This document shows positions 10,001 through 18,269 of a DNA stretch of 64,000 nucleotides, one piece after another; positions within the stretch are counted from its first letter, which is position 1; each line of letters starts with the position of its first letter. The notes under the pieces are model-generated. The model was not told the origin of the DNA, made no database searches, and was given only the letters and a program-made list of their open reading frames with translations. The position numbers were made by a program, and so were the translations under genes. The stretch is from positions 1 to 64,000 of the IMG/VR virus record IMGVR_UViG_3300044974_001280; one strand, written 5' to 3'.

Positions 10001-10325
10001 GTGGCAGCCTTTACACGAGGGACATAAACATATTTTTAATGAGAGATTAAAATTAGGTAAGAATGTCTGGATAGCTATTCGAGATGTTACGCCCGATGAA
10101 AACCAACCCTGGACTGCTTCAGAAATCAAAGACAATATAGAAAAAATTTACTCTCGGGAAATCTCGGAGGGAAGGATTATTGTTACCATAGTTCCTGATA
10201 TTGAATCTATTAACTATGGTAGAGGAGTAGGCTATGAGATTATAGAACACGTGGTCCCAGCTGAAATTGCTTCTATTTCTGCTACCAGCATCAGAGAACA
10301 GATGAGAAAAGAAGGAACTTTATAG
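9969..10325 (+). CDS. HxGH-family nucleotidyltransferase (cytidylyltransferase-like)
   Basis: FIGRWQPLHEGH and ISATSIR motifs. Confidence 0.8.
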   Translation: MTKKFSLFIGRWQPLHEGHKHIFNERLKLGKNVWIAIRDVTPDENQPWTASEIKDNIEKIYSREISEGRIIVTIVPDIESINYGRGVGYEIIEHVVPAEIASISATSIREQMRKEGTL

Positions 10326-10334
10326 ATATAAAAC

Positions 10335-10607
10335 ATGAACCAAGAATCTAAACTAACACCAGAAGAGTTAGAAAAAATCATCACTCTTAGAGACAGCATT
10401 AGAACCAATGTTGAAAAAATTGGCAAGATGAACATCCAAAAATACTTCCTTCAAAAGGAACTGGATTTTGTCAATGAACAATTGTCTGCCCTTTATGACG
10501 AAAGCATGACCCTGTCAGAGCAGGAAAAGGCATCGATTCAAGAAATTGTTACAAAATACGGCGAGGGTCAATTAGATTTCTCAACAGGAGTTTACTCTAA
10601 GTCATAA
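10335..10607 (+). CDS. Small coiled-coil hypothetical protein
   Basis: Heptad-rich, ending YGEGQLDFSTG. Confidence 0.65.
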   Translation: MNQESKLTPEELEKIITLRDSIRTNVEKIGKMNIQKYFLQKELDFVNEQLSALYDESMTLSEQEKASIQEIVTKYGEGQLDFSTGVYSKS

Positions 10608-10609
10608 AG

Positions 10610-11674
10610 ATGACTCCAGTAGAGGTTCTCAGAAGTACCAAAAGGCATCTATTAAAATCCCTGTGGGAAGTTCAAAAGGCACTGGATGAAGCTACCAATT
10701 CACAATTGAGAATTCTTTACGTGGCCCCTCATCTTTCTACAGGAGGTATGCCACAGTACCTATATAAACTCATTGAAATTTTCAATACCCAGGCGGATGT
10801 TTACTGTTTAGAATACAGCAACATCTCTGACGAGTACGTCGTGCAAAGAAACAAAATTCAAAAATTACTAGGCAGCAGATATTACCGGATAGACGATCAC
10901 GAGGACAAGAGTCAGTTTTTGCAAATTCTAGACGAGATCTGTCCAGATGTCATTCATTTTCAAGATTTTGTAGAATTCTTTTTGGATAGGAAAATCTGCG
11001 AACACGTCTATGCCTACAATCGGCCCTGGTACATCATGGAAACCCCTCACTCTTCGGCCAATGTACCGAGTGACAAATATTGGTTACCTGACAAACTAGT
11101 TATGGTCAATCAGTGGATGGCGGATAAATTTTCCGACTGTGGCATTCCGACCGATGTTTTAGAATACCCTATTGAGCATTTTGAAAGAAGAATCTCCCGA
11201 TCAGAAGCCCAAGGAATCCTGGGTTTAGACCCTGGAAAGAAACACGTTATCAATGTCGGTCTTTTCACTCCGGGAAAAAATCAAGGTGAACTGATATCCT
11301 TTGCTAGCCAGATGTTGGATTTGCCCGTTGAGTTTCATTTCATCGGCAACACGGCAGTTAATTTTCAAGAATATTGGCAGCCTCTCGTTTCAAATCTTCC
11401 TGAAAACTGTCGTGTGTGGGGAGAAAGAGGGGACGCCGAAATTTTTTATCAAGCGGCAGATCTGTTTGTTTTTAATTCAACTTGGGAACTGAATCCAATT
11501 GTTATTAAAGAATGTCTTTCTTGGCAACTTCCGATCCTCATGAGACGTCTGACCTCATACGGTGATTTCTACGACACTGATCCCTTAGTAACTTATTTAG
11601 AAGAAGGAACTACAGGCTTGGATTTTGAAACAAATCTTGATAGACTAAAAAATTTAGTGCAGCCAGAATCATGA
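10610..11674 (+). CDS. GT4-family glycosyltransferase
   Basis: PHLSTGGMPQY, VGLFTPGKNQ and ADLFVFNSTWELNPIVIKE motifs. Confidence 0.85.
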   Translation: MTPVEVLRSTKRHLLKSLWEVQKALDEATNSQLRILYVAPHLSTGGMPQYLYKLIEIFNTQADVYCLEYSNISDEYVVQRNKIQKLLGSRYYRIDDHEDKSQFLQILDEICPDVIHFQDFVEFFLDRKICEHVYAYNRPWYIMETPHSSANVPSDKYWLPDKLVMVNQWMADKFSDCGIPTDVLEYPIEHFERRISRSEAQGILGLDPGKKHVINVGLFTPGKNQGELISFASQMLDLPVEFHFIGNTAVNFQEYWQPLVSNLPENCRVWGERGDAEIFYQAADLFVFNSTWELNPIVIKECLSWQLPILMRRLTSYGDFYDTDPLVTYLEEGTTGLDFETNLDRLKNLVQPES

Positions 11675-12855
11675 AAAACAGAGGTATCAAAGTTTACACC
11701 GAGGTAATCAGACAGAAAAAATCCAGAGTTCCTGATCAAACGGGTTTTGTATTCACCTTTGATTATGGACCAAAAGTGGTGATGAGTGGTAATAATCCAG
11801 AGCTCAAAAGAACCGTTAAGTTTTGGGACAAAAAAAATTCTAAATACGAGTATATTGGTGAAATACAGCCTGGTCTTTTTACAACTTTGTTTAGAAAATG
11901 GTATACCCCCTGGGTAGCTGAAATTTTTGATGGAGAAGAAAAGATTTGGTCGTATGATTTCGAGGAAAATCTCAAGGGCCAAAAAATTTTAGTATCTATT
12001 GACAGTGCCTCTATAGGAGATACTCTAGCCTGGATGCCTGTTATAGCTAAATTTGGTCAAAAGCACGAAGCTGAACTACTGGTCAGTACTTTTTGGAATC
12101 CTCTTCTATCTAATTTTTTTGAGAGCATTCAATTCGTAAATCCTGGCTATCGTCATCCCTCCATTCACAGCATTTTCGGAATTGGTTGGTACGAGGAGGA
12201 CGATAGATACAAACACCCCAGAGATCCAAGAACCATTTCTCTCCAGCACGTGGCTTCGGATCTTCTAGGGATCGAAGAGACCTCAGAATTGCTGATGCCT
12301 AACATCTCAGCCCAACTGGGATCTCAGCCTCGTCCTATCGAAGAAAAATATGTTTGTATAGCAACTGAATCGACAGCTAACGCAAAACATTGGCACTATC
12401 CTGGAGGATGGCAAGAGATAGTTAATTATTTAAGAGAACTCGGTTACAAGGTTGTAGTAATTCATGAACAAGCCAACAGATTAGAAAATGTAGAGGATCG
12501 CACTGGTTCAATTGATCTTTGGGAAAGAATGGTAATGCTGCATCACGCAGAGTTTTTTATTGGGATAGGGTCTGGAATTTCTTGGTTGTCCTGGGCGGTG
12601 AACGTTCCTGTCGTCATGATCTCTGGATTTTCTCTCCCTTTTTGTGAATTTTCCACCCGAAATTATCGGGTGATAAATCCCCATGTGTGTCACGGATGTT
12701 TCAACGATCCAAGATTTAAATTCGATAAAGGAGACTGGAACTGGTGTCCTAAATTAAAAAACACGGAGAGAATTTTTGAGTGTACGCGTCAGATCACTCC
12801 TGGAATGGTTAAAGAGGCCATTCACAATCTAATTCAAGATATTTCTCAGGGCTAA
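11671..12855 (+). CDS. Autotransporter strand-loop-strand O-heptosyltransferase (TibC/Aah, BAHT family)
   Basis: SIGDTLAW catalytic-loop motif, GIGSGISWLSW, VMISGFS, and a four-Cys Fe site (CHGC...WCP...FECT). Confidence 0.85.
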   Translation: MKNRGIKVYTEVIRQKKSRVPDQTGFVFTFDYGPKVVMSGNNPELKRTVKFWDKKNSKYEYIGEIQPGLFTTLFRKWYTPWVAEIFDGEEKIWSYDFEENLKGQKILVSIDSASIGDTLAWMPVIAKFGQKHEAELLVSTFWNPLLSNFFESIQFVNPGYRHPSIHSIFGIGWYEEDDRYKHPRDPRTISLQHVASDLLGIEETSELLMPNISAQLGSQPRPIEEKYVCIATESTANAKHWHYPGGWQEIVNYLRELGYKVVVIHEQANRLENVEDRTGSIDLWERMVMLHHAEFFIGIGSGISWLSWAVNVPVVMISGFSLPFCEFSTRNYRVINPHVCHGCFNDPRFKFDKGDWNWCPKLKNTERIFECTRQITPGMVKEAIHNLIQDISQG

Positions 12856-12866
12856 TAATTTCTAGG

Positions 12867-12874
12867 GATATATA
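12867..12874 (+). promoter_or_regulatory. Putative late promoter GATATATA
   Basis: Recurrent motif upstream of a structural gene. Confidence 0.7.
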
Positions 12875-12903
12875 GGAAACGATGCTAAATAAAATCGTTT
12901 CTT

Positions 12904-15453
12904 ATGTCCATTGTTCCTCCTAATAAAGCTCCCTTTGAAGGTTTACCTGTCTACAATGGCAATGGCAAACAATTAAACATTACTGACCCCAGATATGCAT
13001 ATCAGGATAATCTCCCTAACACGGAGAAGGTAGTAGATTCTAGTACCAATAACCTTTACAGCACAATCGATGCAGCTACGGCTAGAGCCATTCAGATAGG
13101 ATGTAACGGACACCACGTTGTTTTAGGCAGCGATGGTGTTTATTACTATGCTCCCTGTGCTACTGAAACCTGGTTGGTAGAAAGACTTGAACAATTAGAC
13201 AGTGCTCTCAACTTCACCTATATTGGAAACTATCGGGTTTTAAGCTGGGATGCTCCTTTCTATTATGTCAATTCTTTTGATGGCTGGATCATAGATACGG
13301 CGGGTGCTGTTAATGCCTATCCCATTAACTTGGATACAGTCTCCAATGCACAGATCACCAATGACATTGCTATAGATTTTAGATATTCGGTGGACGGAGA
13401 GACATGGTCCTTGTGGGTACCAGTTGGAACAGCACTGACCGGTTACAATAAATCTTCCACTTCGGGGGAAAAAGCCGAGATTTTTTCCATTCCTCTTAAT
13501 CCAACTAAACCTTTCTATCCAGAATTTAGATTTACTTCGGTGGTGGTAAATCAGGATGGCACTATTGCCTATTCCACCGATCAGCCAATCGATCCCAGTG
13601 TAGTAATAGTTTCTTTTGATCTTGATTTGACATATAATACCAATGTAGTGGATGGACCTGATAAGTTGGTGATCCGCAATCCTGTCCCTCAATGTTCTCC
13701 CGAAAAATCAAATCGGCCAGTTGTTTTTAACGAATGTGGTCCCTTCACTTTTCAGCCCTACAACATTAACAAGGCGATCAATTTGTATCAGGATTTGAGC
13801 TTAATAGTCAACCGGATGTTTGGTTTTGAAACTAATTACTATTCGGTGCAACCACAGTCTAGATCCAAGGACGTTATTCTTAAGGAATGGACTTTATTTG
13901 ATGTGGTAGAGGAAAAATGTGTCAAGGTCATGGTTCCCCAGAATCAGTTCCCAGACAATAAGGTGAACTACGATCCCTTTGGTATTTCTTTTGAAGAGCC
14001 CTTTGAAGTTCATATCGACAAAATTTATTTCGAATCCCTTTTCGGAAGAGGATCCCAGCCCCGAAAGAGGGACATCATTTATTTTCCTTTAACCAATAGG
14101 ATCTATGAAATAAACTCAACCTACCTGTTCAGAGATTTCATGTACTCCCCTGTTTATTTCAAATTGGAACTCAAAAAGTACAACCCAAAATCAAATACTT
14201 ATTTCAGAGATCCTGCCTACAAGGAAGAACTGGATGGTATAGCGATCAACTCCCAAGAGCTTTTCGGTCAAGAAACAACCTCGCAAGAAGAACAGATCAC
14301 AAAACCTCAACAGTACGTCACAACCACCAATGAAAGGGGTATAGATCCAACTCGGGGTTATGTCTATCAGAATTTACCTATCATCAACTACGAATTGAAC
14401 AACAACTGGACCATTATTTTAAACCAGTATTACGACCTGAACGATGCCTTTTTGACGGACAGCAATTTTCAATTCGAACCCAACAAATACCGCAATGCGG
14501 TCAGATACAGAGTTGCTCCAAAACTGGATTCAAACGGAGAAATTGCTTATTCTTCTTGGTTTAGCCTCAAAAATTACGTCAACGAGAATTCATTGACTAA
14601 AAAACCATTCCCCCCGTTGGCAATGGTGAAAGAAGGTGAAACCGAGTCTAGAATAGTTTACAATACCTATCCCTACAAACACGGCTTGAGCGTCTGGAGA
14701 GGATTCGATTCTAACCCGGAGGGCTATGTGGCCATTAAATCTGATGCCAACCACAGTGGAGGATTTATGGTCTCTTCGGTCATAGATCCGTATAAATTTT
14801 CAGTGGTTAATCCCAATACTCCTTTCTCTCAGGGAACAACCCCTCTCAAAATGCAGAAGGCACAGGCCCGAAATTTAATTTCGGCAGATCTCATCAATAG
14901 TATAGGTCAACTAGAGGGTTTTAGGATCGACCTGATCCATTCGGGAGTTCAGGAACCTGGTAACACCAATTTCATTCAAGAAGGGTCGATTCAGATTTAT
15001 CTCAATTCTTTAACCTATAATTCCAAACTCCAATTCGTTCCCCAACTGGGAGACTGGTACGGGGTAGTAGTGAATATTTCTAATAAGTACCAACAAATGT
15101 CTATCAACATTTGGGGCTTATCCTATGATCCCAATAATCCACAAGAACAAACTTCTGAATTAATCCCTCTCCATCAGGATTTTGTGGCTTTAACCCAAAC
15201 CTACACCTTCGATTTACCCAGACAAATAGTAGAAGATGTAGCAAATCCTCTTTATGGCACCAATAATAACAGTTATCGTATTTACACCTCTCCGCTGTTG
15301 TTAAGCAACATCAGAATTTTCAATTCCATGATCGATATAGATAAACAATCGATTGTCCTGAACCAGAATGTGGTCAGAGATTCTCAGTTAGCCCAGATCA
15401 TCGACAACGCCAAACCAACCTTAGCTATTCCTAAAATTTTGAGAAAGGGGTAG
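12904..15453 (+). CDS. Large structural protein containing a T4 gp14-like neck domain
   Basis: Central DVILKEW...FEVHIDK...PRKRDIIYFPLTNRIYEI matches the gp14 pattern; located upstream of terminase. Confidence 0.6.
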   Translation: MSIVPPNKAPFEGLPVYNGNGKQLNITDPRYAYQDNLPNTEKVVDSSTNNLYSTIDAATARAIQIGCNGHHVVLGSDGVYYYAPCATETWLVERLEQLDSALNFTYIGNYRVLSWDAPFYYVNSFDGWIIDTAGAVNAYPINLDTVSNAQITNDIAIDFRYSVDGETWSLWVPVGTALTGYNKSSTSGEKAEIFSIPLNPTKPFYPEFRFTSVVVNQDGTIAYSTDQPIDPSVVIVSFDLDLTYNTNVVDGPDKLVIRNPVPQCSPEKSNRPVVFNECGPFTFQPYNINKAINLYQDLSLIVNRMFGFETNYYSVQPQSRSKDVILKEWTLFDVVEEKCVKVMVPQNQFPDNKVNYDPFGISFEEPFEVHIDKIYFESLFGRGSQPRKRDIIYFPLTNRIYEINSTYLFRDFMYSPVYFKLELKKYNPKSNTYFRDPAYKEELDGIAINSQELFGQETTSQEEQITKPQQYVTTTNERGIDPTRGYVYQNLPIINYELNNNWTIILNQYYDLNDAFLTDSNFQFEPNKYRNAVRYRVAPKLDSNGEIAYSSWFSLKNYVNENSLTKKPFPPLAMVKEGETESRIVYNTYPYKHGLSVWRGFDSNPEGYVAIKSDANHSGGFMVSSVIDPYKFSVVNPNTPFSQGTTPLKMQKAQARNLISADLINSIGQLEGFRIDLIHSGVQEPGNTNFIQEGSIQIYLNSLTYNSKLQFVPQLGDWYGVVVNISNKYQQMSINIWGLSYDPNNPQEQTSELIPLHQDFVALTQTYTFDLPRQIVEDVANPLYGTNNNSYRIYTSPLLLSNIRIFNSMIDIDKQSIVLNQNVVRDSQLAQIIDNAKPTLAIPKILRKG

Positions 15454-15459
15454 AGTTTG

Positions 15460-15467
15460 GATATATA
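15460..15467 (+). promoter_or_regulatory. Putative late promoter GATATATA
   Basis: Recurrent motif. Confidence 0.7.
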
Positions 15468-15498
15468 AATTTCAAACCGAGCCTAAAAGTTCTAAGCT

Positions 15499-16401
15499 AT
15501 GCCTAGAAGAAAACCAAAAGTTCCCAAAGAAGTCCAGGAAAAAATTAAGATTTCACTGGATAAAATCCTCCTGGACGAGAATTTGGATCAGAGTGTGGTG
15601 GAGGTGGGAGATCTACCTAGACTTAAAACCACAGGGGTTTTAGATTTTATTGATGTATCACAATCCACAGGAACCGACTCCAGAGATCTAGTGGAATCCA
15701 TGGCCAAATTTCACGTTGATGACAACCTGGTTGACGAGACAAGCTATATTCAGGCTAGAAAAAAACTAGATTCTTCAAATCTGGCTTTAATGATGATGCA
15801 GTTTAAAACTGCCCAACACGCCATCACTAAATTAGTAGAGGAAATAGATTTAGGAAACACCGCACCTAAGATGTTTGAAGTCTTAGCCCATTTGCAGGGA
15901 CAAATCATTCAGATGCCAAAAGATCTCCAGAATTACATTGAAAGATCCGAAAATTCCTACAAGAATTTGAACAAGGATCTGGAGAAAAAAACAACCTCCG
16001 GTTCCATTGATATTCATCAGCCCGGCATGGTGTCTACCCATACCCAGCCTTCTGGATTTCATAACGGTCATTCTCACCAAAATCCGAATTTTGGATCTGG
16101 CCAAGTGTACAGAAATCAAGACTCAAACCAAAATCAGGTTAACTCCCAAGATCAACCCGGAGCCCAACAGGGACAAAACCCTACTGGGAGGGACAACCTG
16201 ATTAAGGTCAGAGGAACTAAAAGTTTAATGGAAGGACTTAGAGACATTATCGGAGCTGAGATACAAGACGTTAACGTTGTGGAAGAACAGAGCGAAACCG
16301 CAGTCGTTAATGCCCGACAAAAAGTAGAATCGGATGGCTTGAAAAGCATTAGTGTGGCTGAAGAAAAAGGATTTGATATTGACGATGAACTTTTTCAATA
16401 A
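15499..16401 (+). CDS. Probable terminase small subunit (gp16-like)
   Basis: Directly upstream of TerL; APKMFEVL resembles the gp16 PR.(Y/F)EV motif. Confidence 0.5.
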   Translation: MPRRKPKVPKEVQEKIKISLDKILLDENLDQSVVEVGDLPRLKTTGVLDFIDVSQSTGTDSRDLVESMAKFHVDDNLVDETSYIQARKKLDSSNLALMMMQFKTAQHAITKLVEEIDLGNTAPKMFEVLAHLQGQIIQMPKDLQNYIERSENSYKNLNKDLEKKTTSGSIDIHQPGMVSTHTQPSGFHNGHSHQNPNFGSGQVYRNQDSNQNQVNSQDQPGAQQGQNPTGRDNLIKVRGTKSLMEGLRDIIGAEIQDVNVVEEQSETAVVNARQKVESDGLKSISVAEEKGFDIDDELFQ

Positions 16402-16408
16402 ATCTTAG

Positions 16409-18202
16409 ATGAAAGAACAAGTAGTAGAAAGAGATTCAAATTATTGGAGTACTCAGAAAATTCAAGAACTACTCAGAAAAGGTGAGGAAGAAGGACTGGA
16501 TTATAAATCGGTTGACAACCCCTTTCACGAGGGTGAGACAGATCTTAAAAGAGCCAATCTGCTGTATGAATACACTCCAGAGGAAATAGTTGAAATTCAA
16601 AAGTGCGCCCAGGATTCTGTTTATTTTGCTAAATATTGTCAGGTCATGACTGACGACGGTCTCAGGAACATTGAATTGAGGGACTATCAGAAATCCATTT
16701 TAAGAGAGTATCAAAGACATCGTTTTTCAATTTTACTCGCACCACGTCAGATAGGTAAGAGCGTTACCAGTTCCATGATTTTAGTCTGGTATTTGCTCTT
16801 TAACCACGATAAAAACGCCATGATTTTGGCCAACGTGGGCTCGACTGCAGAAGAATTGATGGATAAAATTAAGGGCATAGTTAAAGGATTGCCTTGGTTT
16901 CTAAAACCGGGCATGGTTGTTAATAATGTCATGTCCATGAAATTCGACAATGGGTGCAGGGCTATAGCTAAAACAACCACTAAAACTTCTGCCATTGGAT
17001 TTACCATCCATTTTCTCTACATGGATGAGTTTGCCCACATTCACCCCAATTTCATTGAATCTTTCTTCAGATCGACCTACCCTACTGTTTCATCTTCTAA
17101 AGTCTCAAGAATTATTATTACTTCTACCCCTAATGGCATGAACAAATTCTATGATTTGTACCAAGGGGCTTTAACGGGGGAAAATTCCTTCAATCCTATA
17201 AGGGTTGATTGGTGGCAAGTACCCGGCAGGGATGAGGACTGGAAAAATCAAGAAATAGCCAATCTGGGCAGTGAAGAACTCTTCAACCAAGAATATGGCA
17301 ATCAATTTCTTAGCTCAACTACTCTTCTTCTCAGCTCGGCAGATTTAAGAAAAATGAAATCTAACGAGGCTGAATACACCTGGAGGGAAATAGATGCTTT
17401 GAGCGATCAGAAATTGAAATACCACAACTTCAGATGGCACCCTAAATTCCAGCTAGGAAGTGATTCTCTAGATGGAAAAAGCTTTGTTATTTCGGTCGAT
17501 TTGGCCTCGGGAAGCAGAGGTGACTACACTGTCGTCAACATCTTTAGGGTTGTACCTCTCCCCAAATCTTACATCGAAGAAATGTATGATTATAGCGATG
17601 AGGCTGATTTTTTCGGGCTTCTTCAGGTTGGCATCCTCAGAGACAATGAGATAGAGATAGAAGATTTTAAGAGAATGCTAGAGGCCTTAATTCTAAAGGT
17701 TTTCGACAGGGAAAGACTTACAGTTATCTTGGAAATGAATTTTAAAGGAGAATTGTTACTGGATAAACTCCTCCTTCACGATGACATTTCTCTGGATATA
17801 TTTTTACACACCAAACACACTGAATCTGCCAGAACTCCTAAGCCTGGTATTAAATACAATGAAAAAAACAAGCTCAAATACTGTGAAAGGTTGAGATACC
17901 TGGCCCGCAATAATAAAATCATCCTGAACGAAAAAAACTGGACCATCCCTGAAATGTTCTCTTTTGGTCTTAATACTACCGGTACTTATTCGAGCCAGTC
18001 AGGTCATGACGATGTGGCTATGTCGGTGGTAAATCTTTCGGGCCTGTTTGAAAGTACAGCTTTCCACGATTTAGTGGGTCAGATTTATGATGAGATAGAC
18101 GAAAATTACAAATCCCTAATCGACAAAAAACTCTCAGCCAAAATGGGGGAATTTGGAAGTAAGGAAAGCGATTTTTATTCTTCTTTCAGCAAGCTTCTTT
18201 AG
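16409..18202 (+). CDS. terL: Terminase large subunit (T4 gp17-like)
   Basis: LRDYQ, PRQIGKS (Walker A), YMDEFAH (Walker B), TSTPNG, QEY and HDDVAM nuclease motifs. Confidence 0.95.
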   Translation: MKEQVVERDSNYWSTQKIQELLRKGEEEGLDYKSVDNPFHEGETDLKRANLLYEYTPEEIVEIQKCAQDSVYFAKYCQVMTDDGLRNIELRDYQKSILREYQRHRFSILLAPRQIGKSVTSSMILVWYLLFNHDKNAMILANVGSTAEELMDKIKGIVKGLPWFLKPGMVVNNVMSMKFDNGCRAIAKTTTKTSAIGFTIHFLYMDEFAHIHPNFIESFFRSTYPTVSSSKVSRIIITSTPNGMNKFYDLYQGALTGENSFNPIRVDWWQVPGRDEDWKNQEIANLGSEELFNQEYGNQFLSSTTLLLSSADLRKMKSNEAEYTWREIDALSDQKLKYHNFRWHPKFQLGSDSLDGKSFVISVDLASGSRGDYTVVNIFRVVPLPKSYIEEMYDYSDEADFFGLLQVGILRDNEIEIEDFKRMLEALILKVFDRERLTVILEMNFKGELLLDKLLLHDDISLDIFLHTKHTESARTPKPGIKYNEKNKLKYCERLRYLARNNKIILNEKNWTIPEMFSFGLNTTGTYSSQSGHDDVAMSVVNLSGLFESTAFHDLVGQIYDEIDENYKSLIDKKLSAKMGEFGSKESDFYSSFSKLL

Positions 18203-18235
18203 AATAAATAATTACAAAATTCCTGTTTTTTTGTG

Positions 18236-18243
18236 GATATATA
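18236..18243 (+). promoter_or_regulatory. Putative late promoter GATATATA
   Basis: Recurrent motif. Confidence 0.7.
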
Positions 18244-18269
18244 AGCTGAAAAATATCCTCTGTAAAATA

